Below, in pieces: positions 8,606-18,468 of a stretch of DNA of 64,000 bases (the first letter of the stretch is position 1; each line of letters begins with the position of its first letter). The stretch lies in NCBI GenBank assembly GCA_965263355.1, contig CBDHHL010000056.1, forward strand, positions 1,600,001-1,664,000, written 5' to 3'. The stretch comes from Leptolyngbyaceae cyanobacterium (GTDB taxonomy: Bacteria; Cyanobacteriota; Cyanobacteriia; Phormidesmidales; Phormidesmidaceae). A program made the translations under genes and the position numbers. The notes under the pieces were generated by a model. The model made no database searches. It had not been told where the DNA came from and saw only the letters and a program-made list of their open reading frames with translations.

Positions 8606-8715
8606 GTACCAGATCGAAGATCGATAAGTCAAGCAGGTATTTCAGCGATTTGAATCCCGCTAAATTTTTGTTGAAATGTGCCATTGATTGGCTGCCAGAA
8701 CAGTATTTCAACTTA

Positions 8716-8795
8716 CTCCAAAGCTCTGTCTGGAGCGCTACTGTTCACTCGCTCTAAGGCTCTGCCTGGAGCGCCACTGCTGTGGCTCTGCCACT
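8716..8795. repeat. REP cluster directly downstream of the RAYT
   Basis: CTCCAAAGCTCTGTCTGGAG, CTCTAAGGCTCTGCCTGGAG, GTGGCTCTGCCAC. Confidence 0.85.
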
Positions 8796-8809
8796 ATAGA
8801 AAGCCACCG

Positions 8810-9343
8810 CTAATGTATTAGCGTCACCGGCACGATCCCTTCCTTTCCCACATAATTTCGATAACTCGAATATCGCCAATCTTCAGGACTATCCACATAC
8901 CCGCGTTTCACAGGATTATTGTGAATATAGTCCAACTTCTGTCGCAGCATTGCTTCAGAAAAGATCATCTTTGGATGACTTCCCTCTTGCCAAATTTGGT
9001 GCCTTTGTCCGGTTTTATAAGCCGCTTTAGCTTCAGCTAACCTTTTAAGCCAGTAGCTTTTGGATCGATGCTCTTTTAGCCAATCCACCATAGAACGAGC
9101 AGTAAAAGACTTAAAATTTCCGATTTCCTTCGATAATTTTTCAGCCGACGCAATCAAGTGTAAGTGGTTTTCCATAATCACATAGCTGTAGAGAGTGATC
9201 CGTTGTTGCTCTTGAAGGAACTTTAGAGAATCTAAAAGAATTTTTGCCAGGTTAGGATTGCTGAAAATAGGCATCCACGCAACAACAGTGCAGGTTAGAA
9301 AATGGGGGAATGAGTCAAGTACTTTATAGCGAGAACGACCCAT
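8810..9343 (-). mobile_element. REP-associated tyrosine transposase (RAYT, Y1/HUH family)
   Basis: HFLTCT, YVIMENHLHL (HUH), FKSFTA, IWQEG, YIHNNPVKRG, WRYSSY; REP palindromes on both sides. Confidence 0.9.
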
Positions 9344-9467
9344 GGACAGTAGCTAGTAGTTTAAGCTAATGTGCCCACTGGCAATGACTTCGTCCCACCC
9401 GCTCCCACTCGCTCCAAGGCTCCGCCTGGAGCGAAAAATGTGTGGCTCTGCCACTTGCAGGAGGCCG
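9329..9467 (+). repeat. 139-bp direct repeat, copy 1 (RAYT first codons, upstream region and REP module)
   Basis: Identical to 15133-15271 except one base (CCTGGAG vs CCTGAAG). Confidence 0.95.
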
Positions 9468-9893
9468 AGGCTAAGCACCAGACGAAACGACGAGAATTGG
9501 TATGTAGAGACTGTGTTTACGAAAGTTTAGATTGGTCTGTATTACCTTATTTGTTACAGTCTATAAGTCTTGATGCAAGAGAAGAGATACAAATCCTCCA
9601 ACATCAGAGAACGAAAACCTTTGGGAGGTGCCCCAAAGGGCTACTTCCATCAAATACCCTGCAAGCAGTCAAGAGAATTTTAGCCTTTGAATCCCATGCT
9701 CTGATGGCTGTTCAGATGAGACCGTAGATTGTTGTGGTTAAATGCCTCCACTGGCTCAATGCATTGGACACTAACAATATCAGTGATTTCAGGTATTTTT
9801 ATTGCAAAAAAAATGTGGGCAATATTTCGAAAGATTAGCTGGGAATATTGGGTCTTGGCATATCAAGCCGCATTTACCTATTAGTATCGCTTT

Positions 9894-12800
9894 ATGAAAT
9901 TGTCTAATTCCTTGGCTACAGTCACTTCAGTAGTTGCACCACCAGATGTAGTATTCAGAAAAAATCCTATTTGCAATTCTATTGTTATTTTTGATAGTCG
10001 GGTGGATGATCTGCCCCACCTGTTGAATGGGCTGAAGCCAGGAATACGGTCCCATGTGCTTAACCCAGACCAGGATGGCGTTGAACAAATTAGTGAGCTG
10101 TTGCAACAGCAGCCGACGGCATCGCTGATGCTGGTGGGACATGGGTTTCCCGGGGGGCTCCAGCTGGGGGCTGGAACCTTAGACCTGAGCAATGTGCCAC
10201 GTTACGCCAGTCAGTTAGAGACTTGGTTTACGGATATTAAAGCGCCGCAATTAACCCTGCTGGCTTGCCATAGTGCTGCTGGGGATGGTGGAACGGAGTT
10301 TATTGAGCAGTTGGCGACACTGACAGGTGCCGAGGTGATCGCCAGTGCTAGCACTGTCGGCAATGGCCAGTGGCCCACAACGGTTGAGCAAACCTTTGAA
10401 TCGTCTGCATTAGCCTTCTACAAGGCTACACTCGGAGTGATCTTCAACACCGACTTTAAAGATGGCCGAGGCGGTATCAACGAACTGAATAATGCGAGCA
10501 GTGTTACAGTGAGTCCCGATGGCAAGCAGGTATATGTGACCAGTGCTGAGGACGATGCGCTGACAGTGTTTGACCGGGATGCGGCCACAGGAACCTTGAC
10601 CTTCAAAACCTTTTTCAAAGATGGTCGAGATGGCGTCAACCGACTGGAGGTGCCAAACAGCGTTGCAGTCAGTCCCGATAACAAGCAAGTTTTTGTGGCA
10701 GCCTCATCTGATGATTCGCTGACGGTGTTTGACCGAGATGCGGCCACAGGAACTTTGACCTTCAATACTTTTTTCCGAGATGGCCGAGACGGCGTCAACC
10801 AACTCGATGGGGCAACCAGCGTCGCAGTGAGCCCTGATGGCAAGCAGGTGTTTGTGATCAGCTTCATAGACGATTCACTGACAGTGTTTGACCGGGATGC
10901 CACCGCAGGAACCTTGACCTTCAAAACTGCCTTTAAAAATGCCCGAGGCGGTATCAACCTAATGGACCGTCCGGAGGACGTTACGGTCAGTCCCGATGGC
11001 AAGCAGGTATTTGTGGCAAGCAGTTGGAGTCATTCGTTAACAGTGTTTGACCGGAATGCGGTTTCAGGAGCTTTAACCTTCAAAACTGCCTTTAGAGATG
11101 GCCAAGGCGGCTTTAACCTACTGCGCAGTGCAACCAGCGTCGCAGTGAGTCCCGATGGCAAGCATGTGTTTGTGGCTAGCTCAGGTGACGATTCACTGAC
11201 GGTGTTTAATCGAGATGCTGATTCAGGAACCTTAACCTTCAATACCGCTTTCCAAGATGGCCAAGGCGACGTCAATCTGCTGGACCGTGCATATGACGTC
11301 ACAGTCAGTCCCAATGGCCAGTATGTATTTGTGCTCGGTCGATCGGACAATGCGCTGACGGTGTTTGACCGGGATGCGGACTCAGGAACCTTGACCTTCA
11401 AAACCTTTTTCAAAGATGGTCGAGATGGCGTTAATTTACTGGGTGGGGCAACCAGCGTCGCAGTCAGTCCCGATAGCCAGCAGGTGTTTGTAGCCAGCGT
11501 AACCGATGATTCGCTGACGGTATTTGACATTGATAACACCGCTCCCACAACTACCAGCTTCACCCGCAAAACCCCCAACGACGCCACCACCAACGCTGAT
11601 ACCCTTACCTTCCTCGCCACCTTTAACGAAGACGTCACAGGTGTTGACAACAATGATTTTGCAGTTACTGGCCTCACGGGTAGTACTCTTGTAGTCACTC
11701 AAGTTACCGCCTTGACTTACGACGTCACTATCTCCGGTGGAGATTTAGCCAGTTTCAACGGCGAGGTTGGCCTTAATTTTGTCGCTTCACCCACTATCAC
11801 TGATATTGCAGGTAATGCCTTACCCAATACCGAACCGGTCATTGATGAAACCTATACTCTTGAAAACATTGCTCCTGTTTTAAGTAGCTTCACTCGAAAA
11901 ATCCCCAACGACGCTACCACCACCTCCGACATCCTCACCTTTCTGGCCACCTTTAGCGAAGACGTTAACAACGTAGACGCTGCCGACTTCATCGTCACTG
12001 GCTCCACTGCTACCATCACGGCGGTTACCCAACTCACCCCCATCACCTACGATATTACGGTTACGGGCGGTGACCTGACTGACTTGAATGGCACGATCGG
12101 TCTGGATCTCGCAGCAGGGCAAGACATTATTGATGCTGCCAGCAATGCGCTGCCTACTGATGAACCGCTCACCGATGAAACCTATACTGTTGATAATGCT
12201 CCCCTACTCACCATCATTCGACGTAAAACGCCCAATGATGCTGCCACCAGTGCCGACAGCCTGCTCTTTCAGGTCACCTTTAACGAAGCGGTCCAAAATG
12301 TCGATGCTGCCGACTTCTTAGTCAACGGCACCACCGCCGCCACCATCACCGATGTCACCCAGATCAGCCCTGATGTCTACGACATTACCGTTTCCGGTGG
12401 CGACCTGGCCGACTTTAACGGCACCGTCGGTCTAGATCTAGCCGCGAACCAGGACATTACCGACACCGCCAGCAATGCCTTACCCGTTGGCGAGCCCTCC
12501 ACCGATGAAATCTATACCGTTAATAATGCTCCCCTGATAAACAGTATTCGCCGTAAAACCCCCAATGATGCCACCACCAGTGCCGACAGCCTGATCTTCC
12601 AAGCCACCTTTAACGAAGCGGTCCAAAATGTCGATGCTGCCGACTTCTTAGTCAACGGCTCCACCACCGCCACCATCACCGATGTTACTCAGATCAGCCC
12701 TAATGTTTACGACATTACTGTTTCCGGTGGCGACCTGGCTGACTTCAATGGCACGGTCGGTCTGGATCTCGCGGCAGGGCAAAACATTATTGATTCTGCT

Positions 12801-13736
12801 AGCAATGCGCTGTCTACTGATGAACCCGCCACCGATGAAACCTATACGCTCACCAATGTATCGGCTGAAGCACAACTCACCCCAGTGTCTGACGCAGCGG
12901 TTCTGGAGGTCACTCACCTAGGCAGTGCTGACACCATTCGCCTGGAAATAGAGCAGGTCAATATTGCTGAGGTTGGAGAGATTCTGATCTTTAGCACCGA
13001 TGCTACAGGGAGCAATCGTACCCAGATTGGAAATTTTTCGTTGCTAGAAGGGGGGCAACTGCCAGCGACTTACGTCCCTGGTTTAACTGTTGACAGCAGT
13101 GAGGTGACCGATGGCAGATACCTGCAGTTCGAGCTGATTGTCGAGGGTGTCATCCGTGTGGCTACCATGACTTCCACCAGCACTACGGAAATCTCCCTCG
13201 AATTTGGTGAGGGTACTATCTTCAAGGTTGAGCTATTCAATCAAACGACAACGACCAATCTGTTAGTCGATGATGCGATCGCTATCGATCTCACAGGTCA
13301 GGTAGGAAATGTGAATGTCAACTTTACGGTCTATCGTGAAGCCGCCATGGATAGTATGGTGGGTCTGTATACTACTGACTTTGCTGATGGTGGCATCATT
13401 ACCGATGTCCTCACTGGAACAATTCTGCGCCCTGGCGATGCAGGGTATCAGGAAGCCGCCCTGGCTAAACAACTGAATGTGCAGCTGACGGGACAAAATG
13501 GTCAGGTAAGTACTTTTGCGACCACCATTACCGGTGGTGGCTACCTGGCCACATTTCTAATTGCCGATGGCATAAGTCCAGCTGCTGACAATATCTATTT
13601 TAGCCATGCCGGGGTAAATGCCAGTAACAACGACCATGTTAAACTTCTGGGCGATAATATCTTTGGTTTTGAAGATATGAGTGGCCTTGGTGACCAAGAC
13701 TATAACGATGTTGTTGTTGAGTTTGCGATCGCCTAA
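9894..13736 (+). CDS. Large surface/secreted protein: DUF4347 + 7-bladed lactonase-like beta-propeller + Ig-like repeats + DUF4114-type C-terminus
   Basis: N-terminal IVIFDSRVDD...DGVEQI...HG.PG.LQLG...L.AC (DUF4347); seven VAVSPDGKQVFV..DDSLTVFDRD repeats; four TFNE.V.NVDAADF repeats; C-terminal FGFEDM.G.GDQDYNDVV. Confidence 0.85.
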   Translation: MKLSNSLATVTSVVAPPDVVFRKNPICNSIVIFDSRVDDLPHLLNGLKPGIRSHVLNPDQDGVEQISELLQQQPTASLMLVGHGFPGGLQLGAGTLDLSNVPRYASQLETWFTDIKAPQLTLLACHSAAGDGGTEFIEQLATLTGAEVIASASTVGNGQWPTTVEQTFESSALAFYKATLGVIFNTDFKDGRGGINELNNASSVTVSPDGKQVYVTSAEDDALTVFDRDAATGTLTFKTFFKDGRDGVNRLEVPNSVAVSPDNKQVFVAASSDDSLTVFDRDAATGTLTFNTFFRDGRDGVNQLDGATSVAVSPDGKQVFVISFIDDSLTVFDRDATAGTLTFKTAFKNARGGINLMDRPEDVTVSPDGKQVFVASSWSHSLTVFDRNAVSGALTFKTAFRDGQGGFNLLRSATSVAVSPDGKHVFVASSGDDSLTVFNRDADSGTLTFNTAFQDGQGDVNLLDRAYDVTVSPNGQYVFVLGRSDNALTVFDRDADSGTLTFKTFFKDGRDGVNLLGGATSVAVSPDSQQVFVASVTDDSLTVFDIDNTAPTTTSFTRKTPNDATTNADTLTFLATFNEDVTGVDNNDFAVTGLTGSTLVVTQVTALTYDVTISGGDLASFNGEVGLNFVASPTITDIAGNALPNTEPVIDETYTLENIAPVLSSFTRKIPNDATTTSDILTFLATFSEDVNNVDAADFIVTGSTATITAVTQLTPITYDITVTGGDLTDLNGTIGLDLAAGQDIIDAASNALPTDEPLTDETYTVDNAPLLTIIRRKTPNDAATSADSLLFQVTFNEAVQNVDAADFLVNGTTAATITDVTQISPDVYDITVSGGDLADFNGTVGLDLAANQDITDTASNALPVGEPSTDEIYTVNNAPLINSIRRKTPNDATTSADSLIFQATFNEAVQNVDAADFLVNGSTTATITDVTQISPNVYDITVSGGDLADFNGTVGLDLAAGQNIIDSASNALSTDEPATDETYTLTNVSAEAQLTPVSDAAVLEVTHLGSADTIRLEIEQVNIAEVGEILIFSTDATGSNRTQIGNFSLLEGGQLPATYVPGLTVDSSEVTDGRYLQFELIVEGVIRVATMTSTSTTEISLEFGEGTIFKVELFNQTTTTNLLVDDAIAIDLTGQVGNVNVNFTVYREAAMDSMVGLYTTDFADGGIITDVLTGTILRPGDAGYQEAALAKQLNVQLTGQNGQVSTFATTITGGGYLATFLIADGISPAADNIYFSHAGVNASNNDHVKLLGDNIFGFEDMSGLGDQDYNDVVVEFAIA

Positions 13737-13789
13737 CCTTGAACTAGCTGATGCCAAACAGCCCCCTTGGATCGTACCTCAGAAAAAAG

Positions 13790-13827
13790 GGCTCCGCCTA
13801 GAGCAGACAATGTTTGGCCCTGCCACT
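13790..13827. repeat. Degenerate REP module
   Basis: GGCTCCGCCTAGAGCAGACAATGTTTGGCCCTGCCACT vs GGCTCCGCCTGGAGCGAAAAATGTGTGGCTCTGCCACT. Confidence 0.7.
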
Positions 13828-13947
13828 CATAGGCTGAATCTAAGCGAACCATGGGATATACCTTACGCAGATTATATTTAGCTTGTTTTAATACTAAATA
13901 TAAGTATCAAAACAAGCATTGAGTACTACAAGGAACTTATAATTTCA

Positions 13948-14586
13948 TTAGTCCCAAGGAAGTCTGTCATTCTTGGCTCCTAATGCCCACTTATAGCAAC
14001 CACCGCCAGATTCACCGAGTCCACCATCGCAGCTATCCAGGGCAAAACATTCTTTCTTAGAAACATTACCTTGCGGTGCATCAACCCAGTTGAAGTTACC
14101 TGAATAATTCTCCATCCAATAGCATGCTGGTGTCCAAGGTGTTCTGTCACCTTTAGGCCCAATTGACCACTTATAGCAACCACCACCAGATTCACCGAGT
14201 CCCCCATCACAGCTATCTAGGGTATAACATTTGTTTTCAGAGACATCACCTTGCGGTGCATCAACCCAATTGAAGTTACCTGAATAATTCTCCATCCAAT
14301 AACAAGATTCCCAGGGTTGCCTTTCAGCAGTAGGCGATGATGCCCACTTGTAACAACCACCACCAGATTGACCGAGTCCCCCATCACAACTATCTAGGGC
14401 ATAACACTCATCCTTAGAAACATTACCTTGGGGTGAGTCAACCCAGTTGAAATTACCTGAATAATTCTCCATCCAGTAGCATCTGTTTGATGCAGCTAAA
14501 CTACTATCAGCTGACGTAAAAAAGGATACGACTACCATCAGGCATGACAGTACAAACACCATTAAAGGGGTTTTCAAGTTTTTCAT
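13948..14586 (-). CDS. Secreted protein made of three ~59-aa Cys/Trp-rich tandem repeats
   Basis: Signal peptide, then 3x CYWMENYSGNFNWVD.PQG.VS...C..LDSCDGGLG.SGGGCYKW......R.PW; AGGAG RBS. Confidence 0.85.
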   Translation of the reverse strand: MKNLKTPLMVFVLSCLMVVVSFFTSADSSLAASNRCYWMENYSGNFNWVDSPQGNVSKDECYALDSCDGGLGQSGGGCYKWASSPTAERQPWESCYWMENYSGNFNWVDAPQGDVSENKCYTLDSCDGGLGESGGGCYKWSIGPKGDRTPWTPACYWMENYSGNFNWVDAPQGNVSKKECFALDSCDGGLGESGGGCYKWALGAKNDRLPWD

Positions 14587-15132
14587 TTTAGAATCAATCT
14601 CCTTGATGATTCATTGATTTGATTTATACAAAGATCGCCGTTTTATGGGTGCGATCGCAGATTCAGTTGCACCGCAACCATCCTCAATCAGGCTAAAATC
14701 ACTAGCATGTGAGAAATTCAGCAGAGTATTTCATGTTTTACTACTATGTAGTAAAACAATTCCATAGTAATCTTTTCAGTAGGACATAAACAAAGCCATC
14801 TTGTTAAAGATGCCCACCCGAAATATACCGGAATAAGTTTCTTTGACTGCGTACATAATCACGATAATTTCGCCTTAAAATTATTTCCCCTAAAATTAAC
14901 GGAAATTAATAAATGAGCTACTACTATTTTAGTAGTACAATCTTTGTGGTGCATCTGATGTCACTTTTTGAAGCTTTCCTAAGAAAAAAGGACTTTAGGA
15001 GGTTTGTATTATAAAGGCTGGGCAGTAATAATTTCTTGTTGTGTTTCTTCATACAACCCTACGGAACACTCCCTTTTCCGCCTTCTGCCTTCCTCCTGCT
15101 TTCTTCAGTCGCTCCTCTCACTCCTTAAACTG

Positions 15133-15312
15133 GCGAGAACGACCCATGGACAGTAGCTAGTAGTTTAAGCTAATGTGCCCACTGGCAATGACTTCGTCCC
15201 ACCCGCTCCCACTCGCTCCAAGGCTCCGCCTGAAGCGAAAAATGTGTGGCTCTGCCACTTGCAGGAGGCCGGAGCCTCAGGGTGTGTGCTCAGCCGGAGG
15301 CTGGGCACCAGA
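15133..15312 (+). repeat. 139-bp direct repeat copy 2 (15133-15271) plus complete REP module
   Basis: Matches 9329-9467 and continues as in 8560-8605. Confidence 0.95.
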
Positions 15313-15403
15313 TGGAAAAAGTACCCCCCTACGGAATGCCATCCCTTTCCACCTTCCGCCTTCAGTCCTAACCAAAATTTCTCGCTCTAAGCCGACTCTC
15401 CCC

Positions 15404-17137
15404 TCACTCCTTAAACTGCTGTGCATAAAACTGCTCATACCGCCCCCCCTGCTCCAACAGCTCCACATGGGTTCCGGCCTCAGCAATCTGCCCATTCTCA
15501 ATAAACAAAATTCGATCCGCTTTGCGCACCGTACTCAATCGATGGGCAATTACAAATACTGTCCGATTCTCCATTGCCCGCTCCAACGCCTCCTGCACCA
15601 ATGCCTCCGACTCAGAGTCGAGCGCCGACGTCGCCTCATCCAAAATCAAAATACGCGGGTTCAACAAAATCGCCCGTGCAATGGCCACCCGCTGCCGCTG
15701 CCCCCCCGACAAATTAACACCCCGCTCCCCTACCCACGTGTGATACCCCTGGGAAAACTGCTTAATAAAACCATGGGCATTGGCAATCTTTGCCGCTGCC
15801 TCAATCGCCCCATAATCCAGGTTCGTCTGCCCATAGGCAATATTTTGCGCAATTGTCCCCGAAAACAAGGTTGTCTCCTGGGGAACAATCCCAATCTGCT
15901 GACGCAAACTCTTCAACGTCACATCCCGCACATCCATCCCATCTACCAAAATCTCCCCCACCTGGGGATCATAAAATCTCGCCAACAGATTTACCAACGT
16001 CGTCTTACCCGCCCCCGATGGCCCCACTAACGCCACCACATCCCCTGGTTGAACGAGTAATGAGAGATGATTAAACACCGATTGCCCCGATGCATAAGAA
16101 AACTCAATATCGCGATACTCCACCTTGCCCGTAATCGCTGGTAACACCTGCGCATCAGGCTTCTGAATCAGGTCAGGTTGTTCTGCAAAAATATCAAACA
16201 CCCGCTCCACAGATGCCTCGGTTTGCTTAAACGCATTGTAATGTTGAGTGACTAAGTTAATCGGGTCAATCAACAATGCAACTGCCACTAAAAAGCTGAC
16301 AAACTCCTGAGGTTGTAAATTTCCTAAGGCAATTTGCCAGCCCCCCAACAAAAACAAAAACATAATACTGACCGCTTCCAAGAAACCCACCACAGGGTAT
16401 TGAATCGCCGTCAAATGTTCAGTGCGATATTTTGCAACGCGATTCTCATTGGCTACCTGGCTAAAGCGACCCACCTCATAGTCATCTGCCGCAAATGCCT
16501 TGACTACCCGAATGTTGCCTAACACCTCAGTCAATAACGACGAGAGATTAGAAATCTCATTCTGGCTACGACGAGAGAGGGCCAACATACGATTACCAAA
16601 GCTGCCAATTAACCAGGCCATCAATGGTGCCATCAAAAAGCCCGCCAGGGTAAGGGGCCAATTGAGATAAAACATATAGATGGGAATCGCAATTAGCTGA
16701 AAGACGCAGGAGATAAACTGCTGCGACATTTTGTAAACCACTTCGCCAATGCGATCAATGTCCTCAGTTAGTCGATAAGAGAGATCACCAGTTTTAGCAG
16801 AGGCAAAATAATCAATGCTCAGACGATGTAAATGGGCATACACTTTTTTGCGCAGTTCCAGCACCGCCGCCAGAGACGCACGAATCGAAAAAACTTTCTC
16901 GGCGTATTGAAACAGATTCTGAACTAAGAATGCCAGAGTGGTTAACCCCAGCCACCTGGCGATGTTAGCCACCTCACCCTGGCTGATATAGTAGGTCACC
17001 TGGCCAGCTAAATAGGGCAGGGTAATTGTTGTTAGCACGTAGCAAACAATAAACAAAAACGACCAACAAAACAGAGGCCACTGGGGCTTAAGAAACGGCA
17101 GTAGTTGCCAATATGCAGATCGTTGTTTTGGGGACAT
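15404..17137 (-). CDS. ABC transporter permease/ATP-binding protein (MsbA-like half transporter)
   Basis: N-terminal TM domain, GPSGAGKT, LSGGQRQR, ILILDEATSALD, IAHRLST. Confidence 0.95.
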   Translation of the reverse strand: MSPKQRSAYWQLLPFLKPQWPLFCWSFLFIVCYVLTTITLPYLAGQVTYYISQGEVANIARWLGLTTLAFLVQNLFQYAEKVFSIRASLAAVLELRKKVYAHLHRLSIDYFASAKTGDLSYRLTEDIDRIGEVVYKMSQQFISCVFQLIAIPIYMFYLNWPLTLAGFLMAPLMAWLIGSFGNRMLALSRRSQNEISNLSSLLTEVLGNIRVVKAFAADDYEVGRFSQVANENRVAKYRTEHLTAIQYPVVGFLEAVSIMFLFLLGGWQIALGNLQPQEFVSFLVAVALLIDPINLVTQHYNAFKQTEASVERVFDIFAEQPDLIQKPDAQVLPAITGKVEYRDIEFSYASGQSVFNHLSLLVQPGDVVALVGPSGAGKTTLVNLLARFYDPQVGEILVDGMDVRDVTLKSLRQQIGIVPQETTLFSGTIAQNIAYGQTNLDYGAIEAAAKIANAHGFIKQFSQGYHTWVGERGVNLSGGQRQRVAIARAILLNPRILILDEATSALDSESEALVQEALERAMENRTVFVIAHRLSTVRKADRILFIENGQIAEAGTHVELLEQGGRYEQFYAQQFKE

Positions 17138-17170
17138 AGGTCGTTAGGTCAAAAAATCAAAGAATAGCCT

Positions 17171-17212
17171 CAAAGTCCTTCTCACTGGGGGAGAAGGATT
17201 TAGGATGAGGGC
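17171..17212. repeat. Cyanobacterial small dispersed palindromic repeat
   Basis: AAGTCCTTCTC-N7-GAGAAGGATTT followed by AGGATGAGGG. Confidence 0.55.
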
Positions 17213-17262
17213 AAATCTAACCCCAGCAATACCTTATGGATAATTAATTCCACACCTCACCC

Positions 17263-18468
17263 TTACTCCTCCTTCGCATCCAGCTTTTCTAGAGTCTCTA
17301 ACACCACGTTGGCAATACGATAGGACGCCCCAAAAGGACCAAATCGTTCTTGCCCGTTGGCAACACAGGCGTCTAAATAGGCTTTATCCTGAACTACCTT
17401 GACCGCATACTGGGCCGCTTCCTGAAGAATGGCAGGGGTAGCCGGTTCTGTTCCAATGGTTTTTACCGACAGACCCAGCAGACGCTCCTGGGCTTCGGCA
17501 AAGGCATAGGTAAACTGAGGGCCTGCTCCCGGAATTTGTAAAATGGGTTTGCCAATGGCCATGGCCTGATCAACCGCTAAACCAGCCATGCCTAAGACGA
17601 GATCAGTTTTGTAAACAATGTCGCTAAAGGCATCACTAAAGCAGAGAACACTGGCTACAGGGTCACCCTGGGCTGGATAGGTGAGTTTGCCTTGGTCACA
17701 ATGCCAACCACAGTCTGCGGCAATGGTTTCCAGAGACTTGAGCAAATCGGGAACCAGGGCAGCTCGAAATTGAATCTGTGGATTAAGTTTGGCAATTTCT
17801 AACGCCAACCCCAACAGCAGTTTTAGATTGCGTAGGGCTTCGGGGATGCGCGACCCAGGGAGTAACGCCACCATCGGCTGGGTGTCATCTAGCCGTAGGT
17901 CTTTACCGGTTGGTTTTAGCCGATCAAGGGATGGAATGCCACCAAACTGGGCTTTGGCCAATCCTTGTTTTTGGTAGTCTTTGGCGGTGTAAGCATCCCG
18001 GGAAAATAGGGTGAGACAGCGGGGAGACCGGAGCACTGCCTTAAGCACCATGTCAATTTTGAGCGTGCCTTCATACATGGCAGACAGAGATGAGGTAAAC
18101 GAAATAAAGGGTTTACCGCTGAGATAGGCAAAACATTGCCCGACCACATCTCCAGTGGCAAAGACTAAATCGCAGCCAGGTGCGTACTGCCGCACGGCTT
18201 GAAGTTGACGCCAGGTACAAGTGAGTAAACCAGCGCGAATATCATTTAGCAGTCTAAGGCGATTGGTATAGGTAAATCCCCCCGATGGCAATGTCAGCGT
18301 TGGTGAAATAATTGGCACGTTAATATTGCGATAGGCGTGCCCCTGACCAACGATGGGTGCGGCGGCAATATCTAACTCTGGTGCTAATTCCCGTAGACTA
18401 CGAATAATGTGGGAGGAGTGATTATCTTCTCCGTGGCCGTTACTAATAAATAAGAGTTTATGGGGCAT
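17263..18468 (-). CDS. Lipid-A-disaccharide synthase-related glycosyltransferase (cyanobacterial family)
   Basis: LLFISNGHGED, LPSGGF, LLPGSRIPEA, GMAG, GKP, GPQFTYAFAEAQ.RLLG; likely ATG at 18468 because the track extension runs through REPs. Confidence 0.85.
   Translation of the reverse strand: MPHKLLFISNGHGEDNHSSHIIRSLRELAPELDIAAAPIVGQGHAYRNINVPIISPTLTLPSGGFTYTNRLRLLNDIRAGLLTCTWRQLQAVRQYAPGCDLVFATGDVVGQCFAYLSGKPFISFTSSLSAMYEGTLKIDMVLKAVLRSPRCLTLFSRDAYTAKDYQKQGLAKAQFGGIPSLDRLKPTGKDLRLDDTQPMVALLPGSRIPEALRNLKLLLGLALEIAKLNPQIQFRAALVPDLLKSLETIAADCGWHCDQGKLTYPAQGDPVASVLCFSDAFSDIVYKTDLVLGMAGLAVDQAMAIGKPILQIPGAGPQFTYAFAEAQERLLGLSVKTIGTEPATPAILQEAAQYAVKVVQDKAYLDACVANGQERFGPFGASYRIANVVLETLEKLDAKEE

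Noticed and set aside
8199..8711. N-terminal extension of track ORF 7941..8711 and overlapping ORFs 8116..8361 and 8536..8757
   Set aside because: They run through REP modules, promoter and leader hairpins; chance open frames
9371..9727. 118-aa ORF, and related ORFs at 15173..16030 and 15175..15390
   Set aside because: Translations of the REP repeat or antisense to the ABC gene; the similarity comes from the DNA repeat
10418..11698. Long antisense ORFs with repeats
   Set aside because: Shadows of the propeller repeats on the opposite strand
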